Under the pieces are notes generated by a model. That model ran no database searches. It was given only the letters and a program-made list of their open reading frames with translations, and was not told the DNA's origin. From Macrostomum lignano (Eukaryota): a DNA stretch of 64,000 bases. The DNA lies in contig NIVC01003008.1 of assembly GCA_002269645.1 (NCBI GenBank), positions 33,305 through 97,304 on the forward strand, written 5' to 3'. The position numbers and the translations under genes are program-made. Of this stretch, positions 14,473-29,840 are shown piece by piece. Numbering within the stretch: position 1 is the stretch's first letter; the number at the start of each line of letters is the position of its first letter.

Positions 14473-17400
14473 TACCTAAACTTCACAAACCCTATTACCT
14501 AAACTTCACATACCCATTACTTAAACTTCACAAACCCTATTACCTAAACTTCACAAACCCTATTACCTGAACTTCACAAACCCTATTGCCTAAACTTCAC
14601 AAACCCTATTACCTGAACTTCACAAACCCTATTACTTAAACTTCACAAACCCTATTACCTAAACTTCACAAACCCTATTACCTAAACTTCACAAACCCTA
14701 TTACCTGAACTTCACAAACCCTATTACTTAAACTTCACAAACCCTATTACCTAAACTTCACAAACCCTATTACCTAAACTTCACAAACCTATTACCTAAA
14801 CTTCACTGACCCTATTACCTAAACTTCACTGACCCTATTACCTAAACTTCACAAACCCTATTACCTAAACTTCACAAACCCTATGACCTAAACTTCACAA
14901 ACCCTATTACCTGAACTTCACAAACCCTATTACCTAAACTTCACAAACCCTATTACCTAAACTTCACAAACCCTATTACCTAAACTTCACAAACCCTATG
15001 ACCTAAACTTCACAAACCCTATTACCTGAACTTCACAAACCCTATTACCTAAACTTCACTGACCCTATTACCTAAACTTCACAAACCCTATTACCTAAAC
15101 TTCACAAACCTATTACCTAAACTTCACTGACCCTATTACCTAAACTTCACTGACCCTATTACCTAAACTTCACAAACCCTATTACCTAAACTTCACAAAC
15201 CCTATGACCTAAACTTCACAAACCCTATTACCTAAACTTCACAAACCCTATTACCTAAACTTCACTGACCCTATTACCTAAACTTCACAAACCCTATTAC
15301 CTAAACTTCACAAACCTATTACCTAAACTTCACTGACCCTATTACCTAAACTTCACTGACCCTATTACCTAAACTTCACAAACCCTATTACCTAAACTTC
15401 ACAAACCCTATGACCTAAACTTCACAAACCCTATTACCTAAACTTCACAAACCCTATTACCTAAACTTCACTGACCCTATTACCTAAACTTCACAAACCC
15501 TATTACCTAAACTTCACAAACCTATTACCTAAACTTCACTGACCCTATTACCTAAACTTCACTGACCCTATTACCTAAACTTCACAAACCCTATTACCTA
15601 AACTTCACAAACCCTATTACCTGAACTTCACAAACCCTATTACCTAAACTTCACTGACCCTATTACCTAAACTTCACAAACCCTATTACCTAAACTTCAC
15701 AAACCCTATTACCTAAACTTCACAAACCCATTACTTAAACTTCACAAACCCATTACCTAAACTTCACTGACCCTATGACCTAAACTTCACAAACCCTATT
15801 ACCTAAACTTCACAAACCCTATTACCTAAAATTCACAAACCCTATTACCTAAACTTCACAAACCCTATTACCTAAACTTCACTGACCCTATTACCTAAAC
15901 TTCACAAACCCTATTACCTAAACTTCACAAACCCTATGACCTAAACTTCACAAACCCTATTACCTAAACTTCACAAACCCTATTACCTAAACTTCACTGA
16001 CCCTATTACCTAAACTTCACAAACCCTATTACCTAAACTTCACAAACCCTATGACCTAAACTTCACAAACCCTATTACCTAAACTTCACTGACCCTATTA
16101 CCTAAACTTCACTGACCCTATTACCTAAACTTCACAAACCCTATTACCTAAACTTCACAAACCCTATGACCTAAACTTCACAAACCCTATTACCTAAACT
16201 TCACAAACCCTATTACCTAAACTTCACTGACCCTATTACCTAAACTTCACAAACCCTATTACCTAAACTTCACAAACCTATTACCTAAACTTCACTGACC
16301 CTATTACCTAAACTTCACTGACCCTATTACCTAAACTTCACAAACCCTATTACCTAAACTTCACAAACCCTATTACCTGAACTTCACAAACCCTATTACC
16401 TAAACTTCACTGACCCTATTACCTAAACTTCACAAACCCTATTACCTAAACTTCACAAACCCTATTACCTAAACTTCACAAACCCATTACTTAAACTTCA
16501 CAAACCCATTACCTAAACTTCACTGACCCTATGACCTAAACTTCACAAACCCTATTACCTAAACTTCACAAACCCTATGACCTAAACTTCACAAACCCTA
16601 TTACCTAAACTTCACTGACCCTATTACCTAAACTTCACTGACCCTATTACCTAAACTTCACAAACCCTATTACCTAAACTTCACAAACCCTATGACCTAA
16701 ACTTCACAAACCCTATTACCTAAACTTCACTGACCCTATTACCTAAACTTCACTGACCCTATTACCTAAACTTCACAAACCCTATTACCTAAACTTCACA
16801 AACCCTATGACCTAAACTTCACAAACCCTATTACCTAAACTTTACAAACCCTATGACCTAAACTTCACAAACCCTATTACCTAAACTTCACAAACCCTAT
16901 TACCTAAACTTCACAAACCTATTACCTAAACTTCACTGACCCTATTACCTAAACTTCACTGACCCTATTACCTAAACTTCACAAACCCTATTACCTAAAC
17001 TTCACAAACCCTATGACCTAAACTTCACAAACCCTATTACCTGAACTTCACAAACCCTATTACCTAAACTTCACTGACCCTATTACCTAAACTTCACAAA
17101 CCCTATTACCTAAACTTCACAAACCCATTACTTAAACTTCACAAACCCATTACCTAAACTTCACTGACCCTATGACCTAAACTTCACAAACCCTATTACC
17201 TAAACTTCACAAACCCTATGACCTAAACTTCACAAACCCTATTACCTAAACTTCACTGACCCTATTACCTAAACTTCACTGACCCTATTACCTAAACTTC
17301 ACAAACCCTATTACCTAAACTTCACAAACCCTATGACCTAAACTTCACAAACCCTATTACCTGAACTTCACAAACCCTATTACCTAAACTTCACAAACCC

Positions 17401-17742
17401 TATTACCTAAACTTCACAAACCCATTACTTAAACTTCACAAACCCATTACCTAAACTTCACTGACCCTATGACCTAAACTTCACAAACCCTATGACCTAA
17501 ACTTCACAAACCCTATGACCTAAACTTCACAAACCCTATTACCTAAACTTCACTGACCCTATTACCTAAACTTCACTGACCCTATTACCTAAACTTCACA
17601 AACCCTATTACCTAAACTTCACAAACCCTATGACCTAAACTTCACAAACCCTATTACCTAAACTTCACTGACCCTATTACCTAAACTTCACTGACCCTAT
17701 TACCTAAACTTCACAAACCCATTACCTAAACTTCACAAACCC
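14473..17742. repeat. 23-bp minisatellite AAACCCTATTACCTAAACTTCAC, about 140 copies with higher-order structure
   Basis: Variant units (TGA, TATGA, CCATT, CTGAA and a 22-nt unit) recur in ordered blocks. Confidence 0.98.
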
Positions 17743-18448
17743 AAGCCGAAACAAGCCATTAATTATTAAAATGATGTAAACATTGTTCGCTTCCCCTGTC
17801 AGATATGATGAGCTTCCTAAAATCTCCTTTGTTCAAAAAACTTCTCATATATGCATCGATTTGTTTAGCAATGGGGAATTTTTCGCGTGTAGAACATGCC
17901 CAGCAGCTCAGACATTGCAAAGCTTGTTTTCCCTATTTTTCCTGGAAGCACCTGTTCTAATAAACTTTCTCTCTCATGAAGGGAAAAGCTTCCCTTCCGC
18001 CCCATCCCATGGAGTGCCCGCCCCGCCAAACCCAGATGAATGAATATTAATGAACCCGCCCTATGCCAGCCAAAAAATGTTCCTCCGTGGGCTCGGCAAG
18101 AGAAATATAAATGCTTTTGCAGAGGAAAAATCCGGCATAGAAGCATGAATTCAGAATTTGAAAGACAATGGGGTGTTTGAGTGATGAGTATTGTTGTTTT
18201 TTTACACTTTTTTTTCAATCATTGTCTATCCGCGCTTACTAATGGAAATTTGACAGATAGAGCTGCTGGGTTTCTTTGTTTTTCTTGGGAAAAAAGTTTG
18301 AGTACGCGTTTCTATGGCGCCACTTTCAGTGGGTCTAAAATCAGGGAGTTTTTTAGCGTTAAAAATTTCCTGTTTGAACGCTGCAGTCTAATGAATTCAT
18401 TTTTCATATTAGATAGTGTGCCATTTTGTGTCCTAGAAGATGCCTTTT

Positions 18449-19222
18449 TAATCTGGGAGGTGCCATTTTCTATCTGGGAGGTGCCATTTTCTATCTGGGA
18501 GGTGCCATTTTCTATCTGGGAGGTGCCATTTTCTATCTGGGAGGTGCCATTTTTATTTTTATCTGGGAAGCGATACATTTTATATGGGAGGTGCCATTTT
18601 CTATCTGGGTGTTCCATCTCTATCTGGGAGGTGCCATTTTCTATCTGGGTGTTCCATCTCTATCTGGGAGGTGCCATTTTCTATCTGGGTGTTCCATCTC
18701 TATCTGGGAGGTGCCATTTTCTATCTGGGTGTTCCATCTCTATCTGGGAGGTGCCATTTTCTATCTGGGAGGTGCCATTTTTATTTTTATCTGGGAAGCG
18801 ATACATTTTATATGGGAGGTGCCATTTTCTATCTGGGTGTTCCATCTCTATCTGGGAGGTGCCATTTTCTATCTGGGTGTTCCATCTCTATCTGGGAGGT
18901 GCCATTTTCTATCTGGGAGGTGCCATTTTTATTTTTATCTGGGAAGCGATACATTTTATATGGGAGGTGCCATTTTCTATCTGGGTGTTCCATCTCTATC
19001 TGGGAGGTGCCATTTTGTATCTGGGAAGTGCCATTTTTATCTGGGTGTTCCATCTCTATCTGGGAGGTGCCATTTTGTATCTGGAAAGTGCCATTTTTAT
19101 CTGGGAGGTGCCATTTTTATCTGGGAGGTGCCATTTTTATCTGGGAGGTGCCATTTTTTATCTCAGAGGCGATACTTTTTATCTGGGAGGTGCCATTTTT
19201 ATTTGGGAGGTGCCATTTTTTA
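18449..19222. repeat. Composite 21-bp minisatellite TATCTGGGAGGTGCCATTTTC with subtypes
   Basis: Three unit types; the GAAGCGATAC marker recurs at 18561, 18789 and 18937. Confidence 0.95.
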
Positions 19223-19679
19223 TTGTTTAACATCTTTTTCATATATTTACAGTCTAATAAATTTGTGCATGCTTCCACTTTCCACAAGATAACAACTGTA
19301 ATGCTTAATGAAAGAATATTTACGAAAAATTGTAATAACAATCCTTTGAAGCTAGCTCACTCTTTTGAAACCGACCCCCATTATAACAAACTATAGGTCT
19401 ATTTACAATTTAATTACAGTTCATGATGAGAGCCGAAACCCTCAAGAGTTGTGTGGCAGTTGTCTGCCACAAGCTGAAGTAGTGATGAAACGAGATTAAC
19501 GATTGTTTAAGTAAATGGACTGCATTGAACCAATCCATAAGCTATGAGGGATGTAGGCAATGATGAAGAGAAAAATGTCTCCAAACTGTCTTAGAAGCGC
19601 AGCTACAGATGCCTTTTTATACTGCACTATCTGGCCGGCCAAAAGAAAAAATATATTACCTATTTCTTGCGGTTCTGGG

Positions 19680-20442
19680 TTATATTTTAGCGCCACTAGA
19701 ACTCCATATTTTGGCGCCACTAGAACTCCATATTTTGGCGCCACAATAAATCATATTTGGCGCCACTAGAACTCCATATTTTAGCGCCACTAGAACTCCA
19801 TATTTTAGCGCCATTAGAACTCCATATTTTAGCGCCATTAGAACTCCATATTTTGGCGCCACTAGAACTCCATATTTTAGCGCCACTAGAACTCCATATT
19901 TTAGCGCCATTAGAACTCCATATTTTGGCGCCACTAGAACCCCATATTTTAGCGCCACTAGAACCCCATATTTTGGCGCCACTAGAACTCCATATTTTAG
20001 CGCCACTAGAACTCCATATTTTAGCGCCATTAGAACTCCATATTTTGGCGCCACTAGAACCCCATATTTTAGCGCCACTAGAACCCCATATTTTGGCGCC
20101 ACTAGAACCCCATATTTTAGCGCCACTAGAACTCCATATTTTAGCGCCACTAGAACCCCATATTTTAGCGCCACTAAAACTCCATATTTAGCGCCACTAG
20201 AACTCCATATTTTGGCGCCACTAGAACCCCATATTTTAGCGCCACTAAAACTCCATATTTAGCGCCACTAGAACTCCATATTTAGCGCCACTGGAACCCA
20301 TTTTTGGCGCCACTACAAATCATATTTGGCGCCACTAGAACTACATATTTTAGCGCCACTAGAACTCCATATTTAGCGCCACTGGAACCCATTTTTTAGC
20401 GCCACTAGAACCCCATATTTTAGCGCCACTAGAACCCATATT
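19680..20442. repeat. 24-bp minisatellite GCGCCACTAGAACTCCATATTTT(A/G)
   Basis: About 31 copies. Confidence 0.96.
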
Positions 20443-20899
20443 TTGGTTTTTTTCAAAAAAATGAAAAAACGGAATGGCTATAATGTATCAAAAGAGGTCA
20501 ATTTCGTTTCTATAATTGACTTCGTAGGACAGGAGAATAAAGAGATGAGGGGCCTTACGTAGATCTCTCTCCAACTAGTAACTATAATTTGAGTACGAAA
20601 GAATATACCGTAGAGAAAAGATCTAGCCCAACAATCATCATTCAGTCACCTGTTGAGTGTATTAAACAAACGGACAAAAAACCCGGCTCAGATGCGGCGC
20701 ACTTCAAAGGGTTGGCTATAACTGCATTGAAAAGCCAAAAAACTGTGTCTAAGCCGTCCTGTGTAGGTAACCCTGAGTTGTGGACCTAAAGTAAGCAATG
20801 CCTTAGCGACTGGGGCTGAGTCTAATGTAACATCACTCCAGCTCATCATCTATAGACGATGGCGCATATGGTTGAGATGGAACGGACTTCCAAACTCAG

Positions 20900-21075
20900 A
20901 AACTTTTTTCTAAGAATGGAAACCTCAGTAGTTGTGGAGGTAAAAATCGTATTGAATGCTTTAAAAGCTTAGTCATCTCACGCGACTGTTGTAGGGAATG
21001 AATTCCAAGGGTCTGCTCTAAACTCATTGATTTGTTACGAGATGTGGTTGCGCTGGTGTACAAGCACTGTTTTAG
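20900..21075 (-). mobile_element. Possible 3' remnant of a CR1/L2-type LINE
   Basis: Minus-strand translation RADPWNSFPTTVA*DD*AFKAF resembles the WNxLP...FK C-terminal motif; contains stops. Confidence 0.35.
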
Positions 21076-21097
21076 CGGCTTTCAATGTCTGTCGGTT

Positions 21098-21385
21098 TGG
21101 GATCTGAGAGGGTGTCATTTGGGGATCTGAGAGGGTGTCATTTGGGGATCTGAGAGGGTGTCATTTATAGATCTGAGAGGGTGTCATTTGGGGATCTGAG
21201 AGGGTGTCATTTGGGGATCTGAAAGGGTGTCATTTGGGGATATGAGAGGGTGTCATTTGGGGATCTGAGAGGGTGTCATTTGGGGATCTGAAAGGGTGTC
21301 ATTTGGGGATCTGAAAGGGTGTCATTTGGGGATCTGAGAGGGTGTCATTTGGGGATCTGAGAGGGTGTCATTCGGGTGTCTCAGA
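21098..21385. repeat. 23-bp minisatellite GGGGATCTGAGAGGGTGTCATTT
   Basis: About 12 copies. Confidence 0.95.
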
Positions 21386-21804
21386 GGGTAGACACAAAAA
21401 TTAGTGCTTCTATTTTGTAATTTTTGAATAGGCATTTTCAAGCTTTAGCAATGTCTGCAGTTGCCCTTAAACGACCCGCCCCGTTTTAAGTGGTCTTTTC
21501 AAAAAGTATTGCCTGCTTTCAGATTTGCAGCAGAGCTTTTGGGTCACAAAATGGCATTAAAATGTGTGTCTGTCATTCATTCCGCGTACTATGGGGATTT
21601 TCTTGGATTTCTGCCACCAGTAAAAGACGCGAAACCCGCGCAGGAGAGGGTCAAGAAAGGCAAGCAGTTTGATTGTGTGGCTGTAATCCATAAATCCCCA
21701 TTGCTCTCTGCCTTAGGGATTTGCGAATTCCTGTGTTTGTGAAAACTCTGCTTTCTTTTTTATGAATATCACTGTTCTGCTGGCAATTCTGTCTGCGTCT
21801 GGCT

Positions 21805-22226
<422 letters not shown>

Positions 22227-23299
22227 AGCTAGGCTGTATTTTGGCCGTATTTTTTTCATTTATTTTCTATTTAGTCTCCATTTTGATTCCATACTGGATC
22301 TCTCAAGCATTATGCTTAAAAGCAGTCTAGATTTTCGTAGACTTCGGTAAATCCCTTTGCGTACAAGCGAACATGTTTTTAAAAATCTTTATTTACCCCC
22401 CGCAAACACAGTCCCTCTCTACCCTTCGATCTGCTGGTCGCTTCAGCGATCTGTGTTTTCAATTCCTTTCCAAACTTTTTGCATCCCAGCATCAGCATCA
22501 GCGGAACCGGTCATCATCGCGGCGTCAGTAAGTTTTAGTTTTGATTAAACTTTTCAAGAATAATAATAATAGTAATTATAAAATGCTGAGTCATGCCTCG
22601 CCGAAGTCATTATACAGTCCATAGATATGCCTGCTCCCCTATATTGGCTGGGCCGTCTTATCTCACGAATGAGAGCGAAACCAGGACCTCACAGGCTCTC
22701 ATAATGCAGGACTGTTGACACGTATTACCCCATGGCCTCTCAGGCTCCGCACTCATCCCGCGCTTCTCCCAGCAGCTTGTCCAGCGACTTACTTAAGTCT
22801 ACAAAAGCCCCCTCTCTTGTGAAACTAACCCCACTCATACACACTCACACACACTTCCCTAAGGGTTGGGATTTGCGAATTTTACTAGCGAAAGGAGGGG
22901 AGAAGAGAGAGGAGGGAAGAGTGTAAGAGTGGACTGAAGTGGCTTGGCGGGCCTTGGGATGCTCATTTTAGCTTGGGCTTGGGATGCATTGCCGGTTTTT
23001 TTCAGTTTCTTAATAGAACTGATCCGAGACAGACAGAGGGCTTTGTTATTCATTAATTCGCTAGGCCGTTTTTTAGCAACGAAAATTAAATCGCCCGAAG
23101 GGATTCTTCGCGTATTACATTGTTACGTAACTGTCCATTCATTACGGTTCGGTTCGTAACATTAGCAGATCTCCGTAATCACTCTTAATCAACTGGGAAA
23201 CTTGTCAAAAAATCTGTCCTGTGGCAAAACTGAGGGCCAACTACGAGAGGGTTCTGTGAGATCTGTGCTCTGTGTTCACCTTTCTATCGTTATCTCTGC

Positions 23300-23830
23300 T
23301 GTAATCTCTATCTCTAGTCTCTAGTCTCTAGACTATAGTCTCTACTATCTATCTCTATCTCTACTCTATAGATGCTAGTCTCTAGTCTCTAGTCTCTAGT
23401 CTCTAGTCTCTATAGTATCTAGTCTCTATCTCTATCTCTATCTCTAGTCTCTAGTTTTTTGTCTCTATTCTCTATAGTCTCTAGTATCTATCTCTATCTC
23501 TATCTCTAGTTTCTAGTGTCTAGTAGTTATCTCTACCTCTAGTCTCTAATCTCTAGTCTCTAGTCTCTAGTCTCTATAGTATCTAGTCTCTATCTCTATC
23601 TCTATCTCTAGTCTCTAGTTTTTTGTCTCTTTTCTCTATAGTCTCTAGTATCTATCTCTATCTCTATCTCTATCTCTAGTCTCTATAGTCTCTAGTATCT
23701 ATCTCTATCTCTATCTCCATCTCTAGTCTCTATAGTCTCTAGTATCTATCTCTATCTCTATCTCTAGTTTCTAGTGTCTAGTATTTATCTCTACCTCTAG
23801 TCTCTAGTCTCTAGTCTCTATCTAGTCTTT
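23300..23830. repeat. (TCTCTA/TCTCTAG)n mosaic repeat
   Basis: Direct reading; same type as 10200-10660. Confidence 0.92.
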
Positions 23831-24400
23831 ATCTCAATTTCCATTCCTAATCTTAATCTTTATCATTATCTCCAGTCTCTTATCGTAGACTCAAGTCTCC
23901 CTTTTTCCTGTCTACCTACCTCAATCTTAATTTATATAAATCCTTGATCAGAGACTCAGCTTCATCTGTAGCAATCTCTCAGCTTGCCAAATGTACACCT
24001 ATTTAACAAAGGATTCACACAGACAGTCATCTTCACCTTCACCAAAACGCCCTACCACCTCTGAGCCAGCTGTTAAAATAATTAAAAGCAAACAGAAAGA
24101 GAGACACTGATAGATGACAGGCACTGCGAGATTTCCTGACGTAAATCTTCCATTGAGAATTGAATAGAAAACTGTTTGATTTAATGTCAAACATTTCCTG
24201 TGCGATAGGGTTCCCAGACCTAGTCGAGGCATGAGTCAAGGGGACGGATGGTCGTTTTGAATCGTAACATTTACATGATAATAAAACTGCAAACTCTATC
24301 TGCACTGGGTGCTAACTCAGATTTATTGCACCACAGCATTAGAAAAGCTGCTCATTTTTTAGGGATCATGGGGTATTGCTCAAATTTCGAGGCTTATGTT

Positions 24401-24570
24401 GGTCACAGGGTATGTATTGGTCAGATGACATGGTTCATGAGGTCACAGGGTATTTATTGCTCAGATGATATGTCTCATAAAATCACAGGGTATGTATTGG
24501 TCAGATGATATGTCTCACAAGGTCACAGGGTATTTATGGCTCAGATGACAAGGCCGATGAGGTCACATGG
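24401..24570. repeat. 40-bp tandem repeat, 4 copies, alternating subtypes
   Basis: TCACAGGG recurs at a 40-bp period (24401, 24441, 24481, 24521). Confidence 0.9.
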
Positions 24571-25574
24571 CATTATTTTGTCAGCTGCCAACGATCATAT
24601 AGTCACAAAGCATTTCAACTCCAAATTCAACTGTATATAGATGTCCATGCAAAGCAGGCACTGGCAACTTGGCCTGGTAGTCTTACGTAACACCTTACTG
24701 TTTCTACCAGACAGCAGCAGGCTCCCATACCATCTCTCTCTTGCGTGATGCGGCCTCACTGCATGCATAGCCGCGCGCATTTCAATAAAAGAGTTTAAAA
24801 ATCTACGAAAATCGTGTCTCAACTGACTGAAAAAAGGAGCTAAATTCTGCTTGTACCAGCCACTACAGTCCATACACACACTCAAACACTCACTTTCTCT
24901 GGCTTGGCAATTTCTTTTTCACTTTCTTTTTGACTGACGCACGCAATAAAGGCTTCCCCTCCACTCTGTCTTCTTCTTTGGAGCAGAATAGAGAAAATGC
25001 AGAGACAGAGTATTGAGAAGTTGGCGTGTTGTGACACTGTGACCCTGGATATAGCCAGGGGGACTCAAACTTCAAAGCTACTCCGCATTTAATAATAACA
25101 GGAGCAGAAGGACAGCCACCAGACCAGAGGCTCGATCAGCAGTCACGACGGGGGGGGAGTTGGTGTTCGGACAATGTCTGTCTTCTAGAAGAAGAGCCTG
25201 TTAAGAACTTTCGGTTTTGTCTAGATGCCACTCGTCCAAGCTCTCAAAGAGATCCAAGTTAACAAATAAAAAAACTGCGCTACGATACAGAAACAATAGC
25301 AAAGCAGCTGTATCATTTTTGTTAATCTGCGTATTTTACGTGACGTATTTAAAAAAAACGAACGTATAGCTTGATTATGTAATACGTGTAAGAAGTAAGC
25401 ACTTCACTATAAGTTTTTATTACCATCAGCATTAATTAATTACATATATATTTGAAATAAAGTGATTTTTTTCTTTAATTAGTTGTTACTTTACATTAGG
25501 CATTCGAAACTAATTGCATACTCAGAGACAAGGGAGAGACAGAGTGAGACTAACAGGTGATACAGAAGAGACAG

Positions 25575-26235
25575 ACAATAAACAGACAAGAGGCAGGCAA
25601 GAGACAGGCAAGAGACAGGCAAGAGTCAGGCAAGAGACAGCCAAGAGACAGCCAAGAGACAGACAAGAGACAGGCAAGAGACAGCCAAGAGACAGACAAG
25701 AGACAGGCAAGAGACAGACAAGAGACAGACAAGAGACAGACAAGAGACAGGCAAGAGACAGACAAGAGACAGGCAAGAGACAGGCAAGAGACAGGCAAGA
25801 GACAGACAAGAGACAGGCAAGAGACAGACAAGAGACAGACAAGAGACAGGCAAGAGACAGGCAAGAGACAGACAAGAGACAGGCAAGAGACAGACAAGAG
25901 ACAGGCAAGAGACAGGCAAGAGACAGGCAAGAGACAGGCAAGAGACAGACAAGAGACAGGCAAGAGACAGACAAGAGACAGACAAGAGACAGGCAAGAGA
26001 CAGGCAAGAGACAGACAAGAGACAGGCAAGAGACAGGCAAGAGACAGGCAAGAGACAGACAAGAGACAGACAAGAGACAGACAAGAGACAGACAAGATAC
26101 AGGCAAGAGATAGGCAAGAGACAGACAAAAGACAGGCAAGAGACAGCCAAGAGACAGGCAAGAGACAGGCAAGAGACAGCCAAGAGACAGACAAGAGACA
26201 GGCAAGAGACAGGCAAGAGACAGGCAAGAGACAGG
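25575..26235. repeat. 11-bp minisatellite CAAGAGACAG(G/A)
   Basis: About 58 copies. Confidence 0.96.
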
Positions 26236-26378
26236 GAAGATTTCATGGAAGTAGAAAAACAGACCTGAAACCCATATGAGAGCTCTCTGTATCAGATATT
26301 CGTTTCTCTGCATGGCCAATCCAGACCCTCTCTGCCCCTAGCAACCGAGCCCTGCAATCATTTCGAATCGCAACTCAC

Positions 26379-26729
26379 CAACTACGTACAGCCGGATCCC
26401 GGCTCTGGCCACATCCAAGTCATCCATGCCCTCGCATTCAAAGTAGCCGTCCTGTCGCCTAACAACGCCTGAAATTTGCAGCGATCCGTTGGCGCCGCCC
26501 CCGACGTTGGTCCAATTGGCGAAGCCTTCGCCCAAGTTGCACCGGCCCAGAGCGTGATAGCACTGAGCTAGGGTGGCCCGATCGCTGGCGCCTGGGAAGC
26601 TGGAATAGTACCACAGCACGTACAGCGGGCTGCGAGAGAACTCGCAGCGAAGCTGATGGCTGGATAGCTCGGCTGCGTACACTGTCGGCTGATCGACTGT
26701 CACCAATATGCGGCTGTCGCTTGCCGATG
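26379..26729 (-). CDS. IgSF protein, exon 2: V-set Ig domain
   Basis: Acceptor cccccattgcag|CA (phase 1) and donor GTTG|gtgagt (phase 1); 351 nt. Translation has B-strand Cys (LRCEF), C-strand Trp (VLWYY) and the DGYFEC F-strand motif. Confidence 0.92.
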
Positions 26730-26798
26730 CTGCAATGGGGGTTGAGGGATCGGGCTGGACGATTGACTGGATGGATGAGAAAGAAATAGTAGGACTAA

Positions 26799-27305
<507 letters not shown>

Positions 27306-27899
27306 CACAAGCAAGCTGTCAAGGATGCCACGATGAAGCATCCCAACAGTAATTAACGGAACTGCCAGCTTCTTCTATTACATAACCGCGGCGGTTCCCT
27401 CCCCCAGTTAGTTGCTGACTCGGTATTGCATGTCCAACAGTGCAGGAACTGGCCGGCGGTCAGAGGCATGCGTGCATATAATGTTATATCGGAGAAAGAC
27501 TCCACAGAAGACGATGCACGAGGTCAGCCATCCCGGTGGCTGGGGTTTGGGGTGGGGAGTGGAATGCGATTAATCGGCCCCGTAGGACGAGTTCTGGGTG
27601 AAATCGGGCGGCAAAATTCCCATGATGATGAAGAGAGACTGGGCGGTGGACGACTGGGACTTTCTGTCTTGAGGCTTGGATAGCAATTGTCGATTTGGGA
27701 GGGGGGGGGGTTCCGAGACTTCAGCGAGCTCATTAGCTGAAGGATGAAGGCCTGCGCACCAGGGGCGGTCACAGCATTGATTTAGGTTAATCCCAGTGAT
27801 TCGAGAATCAATTTAATGCAGCTTCAAGTGGCTCAGACAAGAAGACAAAAGATTTTTTTTCTTTTTTAAAATTTCTTTTGAAATCTTCCTCTGATGTAC

Positions 27900-28195
27900 C
27901 GTCCCCGCTACCCCTCCTCCTTCCCCGTGTCCCTCAAGGTCGCTTTCGCTACCCCCCCTTCCCCATGTCCTTTAAGGTCACACCGCTACCCCTCCTCCTT
28001 CCCCGTGTCCCTCAAGGTCGCCTTCGCTACCCCCCTCCTTCCCCATGTCCTTTAAGGTCACCCCGCTACCTCTCCTCCTTCCCCGTGTCCCTCAAGGTCG
28101 CCCTCGCTACCTCATCCTCTTTCCTCGTGTCCTTCAAGGTCACCCCGCTACCCATCCTCCTTCTCCGTGTCCTTCAAGGTCGCCATCGCTATCTA
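27900..28195. repeat. C-rich 36-40-bp tandem repeat (CGCTACCC...CCGTGTCC.TCAAGGTC)
   Basis: About 7 diverged copies in two alternating forms. Confidence 0.85.
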
Positions 28196-28344
28196 GCCAC
28201 CGCTTCTTCATATATATATTAGCAAAACTGCACTCTTTGTTTTACGTCTTTGTTATTCAGCTTGCCGAACCAATCTATCTCTTTCAAATACATTCCATCT
28301 TTTCTATATCAAGGACAAAAAACTGTCACAAATTGTCCCAAATC

Positions 28345-28405
28345 ATGGATGCGCTAAACCCTACCAGCCCGAGAAATTCAGTTAATCCGCTGCTAAAATA
28401 TATTG
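28345..28405 (+). CDS. Candidate first coding exon (MDALNPTSPRNSVNPLLKYI), possibly of the TTLL gene
   Basis: aatcATGG context and donor ATTG|gtgagt in phase 1, compatible with the phase-1 acceptor at 31477. No homology support. Confidence 0.3.
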
Positions 28406-29024
28406 GTGAGTTTCGTTGAATCCGCGGTACAAAATCTAGGTCAAAGATTCTGAGTAAAACTTTGAAAAAAACTTGTTATTCGAAAATGCATTTCATATTT
28501 CCAAGTTAGCAGCAGCGCATGACTTGGCAAAACTAACCTTAGTAATTTAAAAAAACGCGAAATCATTCTTGTTAGTTAGCTGGAAAAATTGGGAAGAAAA
28601 TCAAAACCGCAAAGTCAGCCAGTCGCCTCAGTTCCGGACTGAAACTTTCTTTCGATGCATTTTTTGCGACTTCTACTTTTCAGTGTGGTCTGCGTTGGCC
28701 CTCTAAGCTTTTCTAAAAAAGAAACCAGGGCCAAAATCTAAAAGAATCTTGTAGAAAATGAATAGCAGATTAACAAATCTTGAATTAAAATATGACTACA
28801 GAACCATTTTTAAGTCGACAATGGTAAATTGTAAAAAAATGATCAGGAAAAGATCCGGCATGACCTCGGAGTCAGTTTAATTTTTTTTGCAATTCTTGCG
28901 CGAGATCCATCCAGAATTTCCCCGGCAAGGAAATTAAAACTGGATAGGGGTACTAAAGAAGCATGCAGAGAAAGACGCTTCGGTTTACAACCTTTTAATT
29001 TCCATGCTGTGAGATACATACTCG

Positions 29025-29780
<756 letters not shown>

Positions 29781-29791
29781 TAATCTCTCAC

Positions 29792-29840
29792 CTCCAATGT
29801 GAAACTCCAGTATCCAGATGAGGCAGAACAGCAGAAGCAT
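29792..29840 (-). CDS. IgSF cell-surface protein, exon 1 (signal peptide MLLLFCLIWILEFHIG)
   Basis: ATG at 29840 followed by a hydrophobic stretch. Donor GGAG|gtgaga is phase 1 and joins in frame to the V-set exon, giving MLLLFCLIWILEFHIGASA-SDSRILV. Confidence 0.8.

Noticed and set aside
14473-17742. Interstitial telomere (AACCCT and CCTAAA words)
   Set aside because: The unit is a 23-mer with no tandem TTAGGG or TTTAGGG; resemblance only.
19420-19495. Hammerhead-like words TGATGA...GAAAC and CTGAAG...GAAAC
   Set aside because: The first lacks the C of CUGANGA, there is no stem II, and I could not close stem I around a cleavage triplet.
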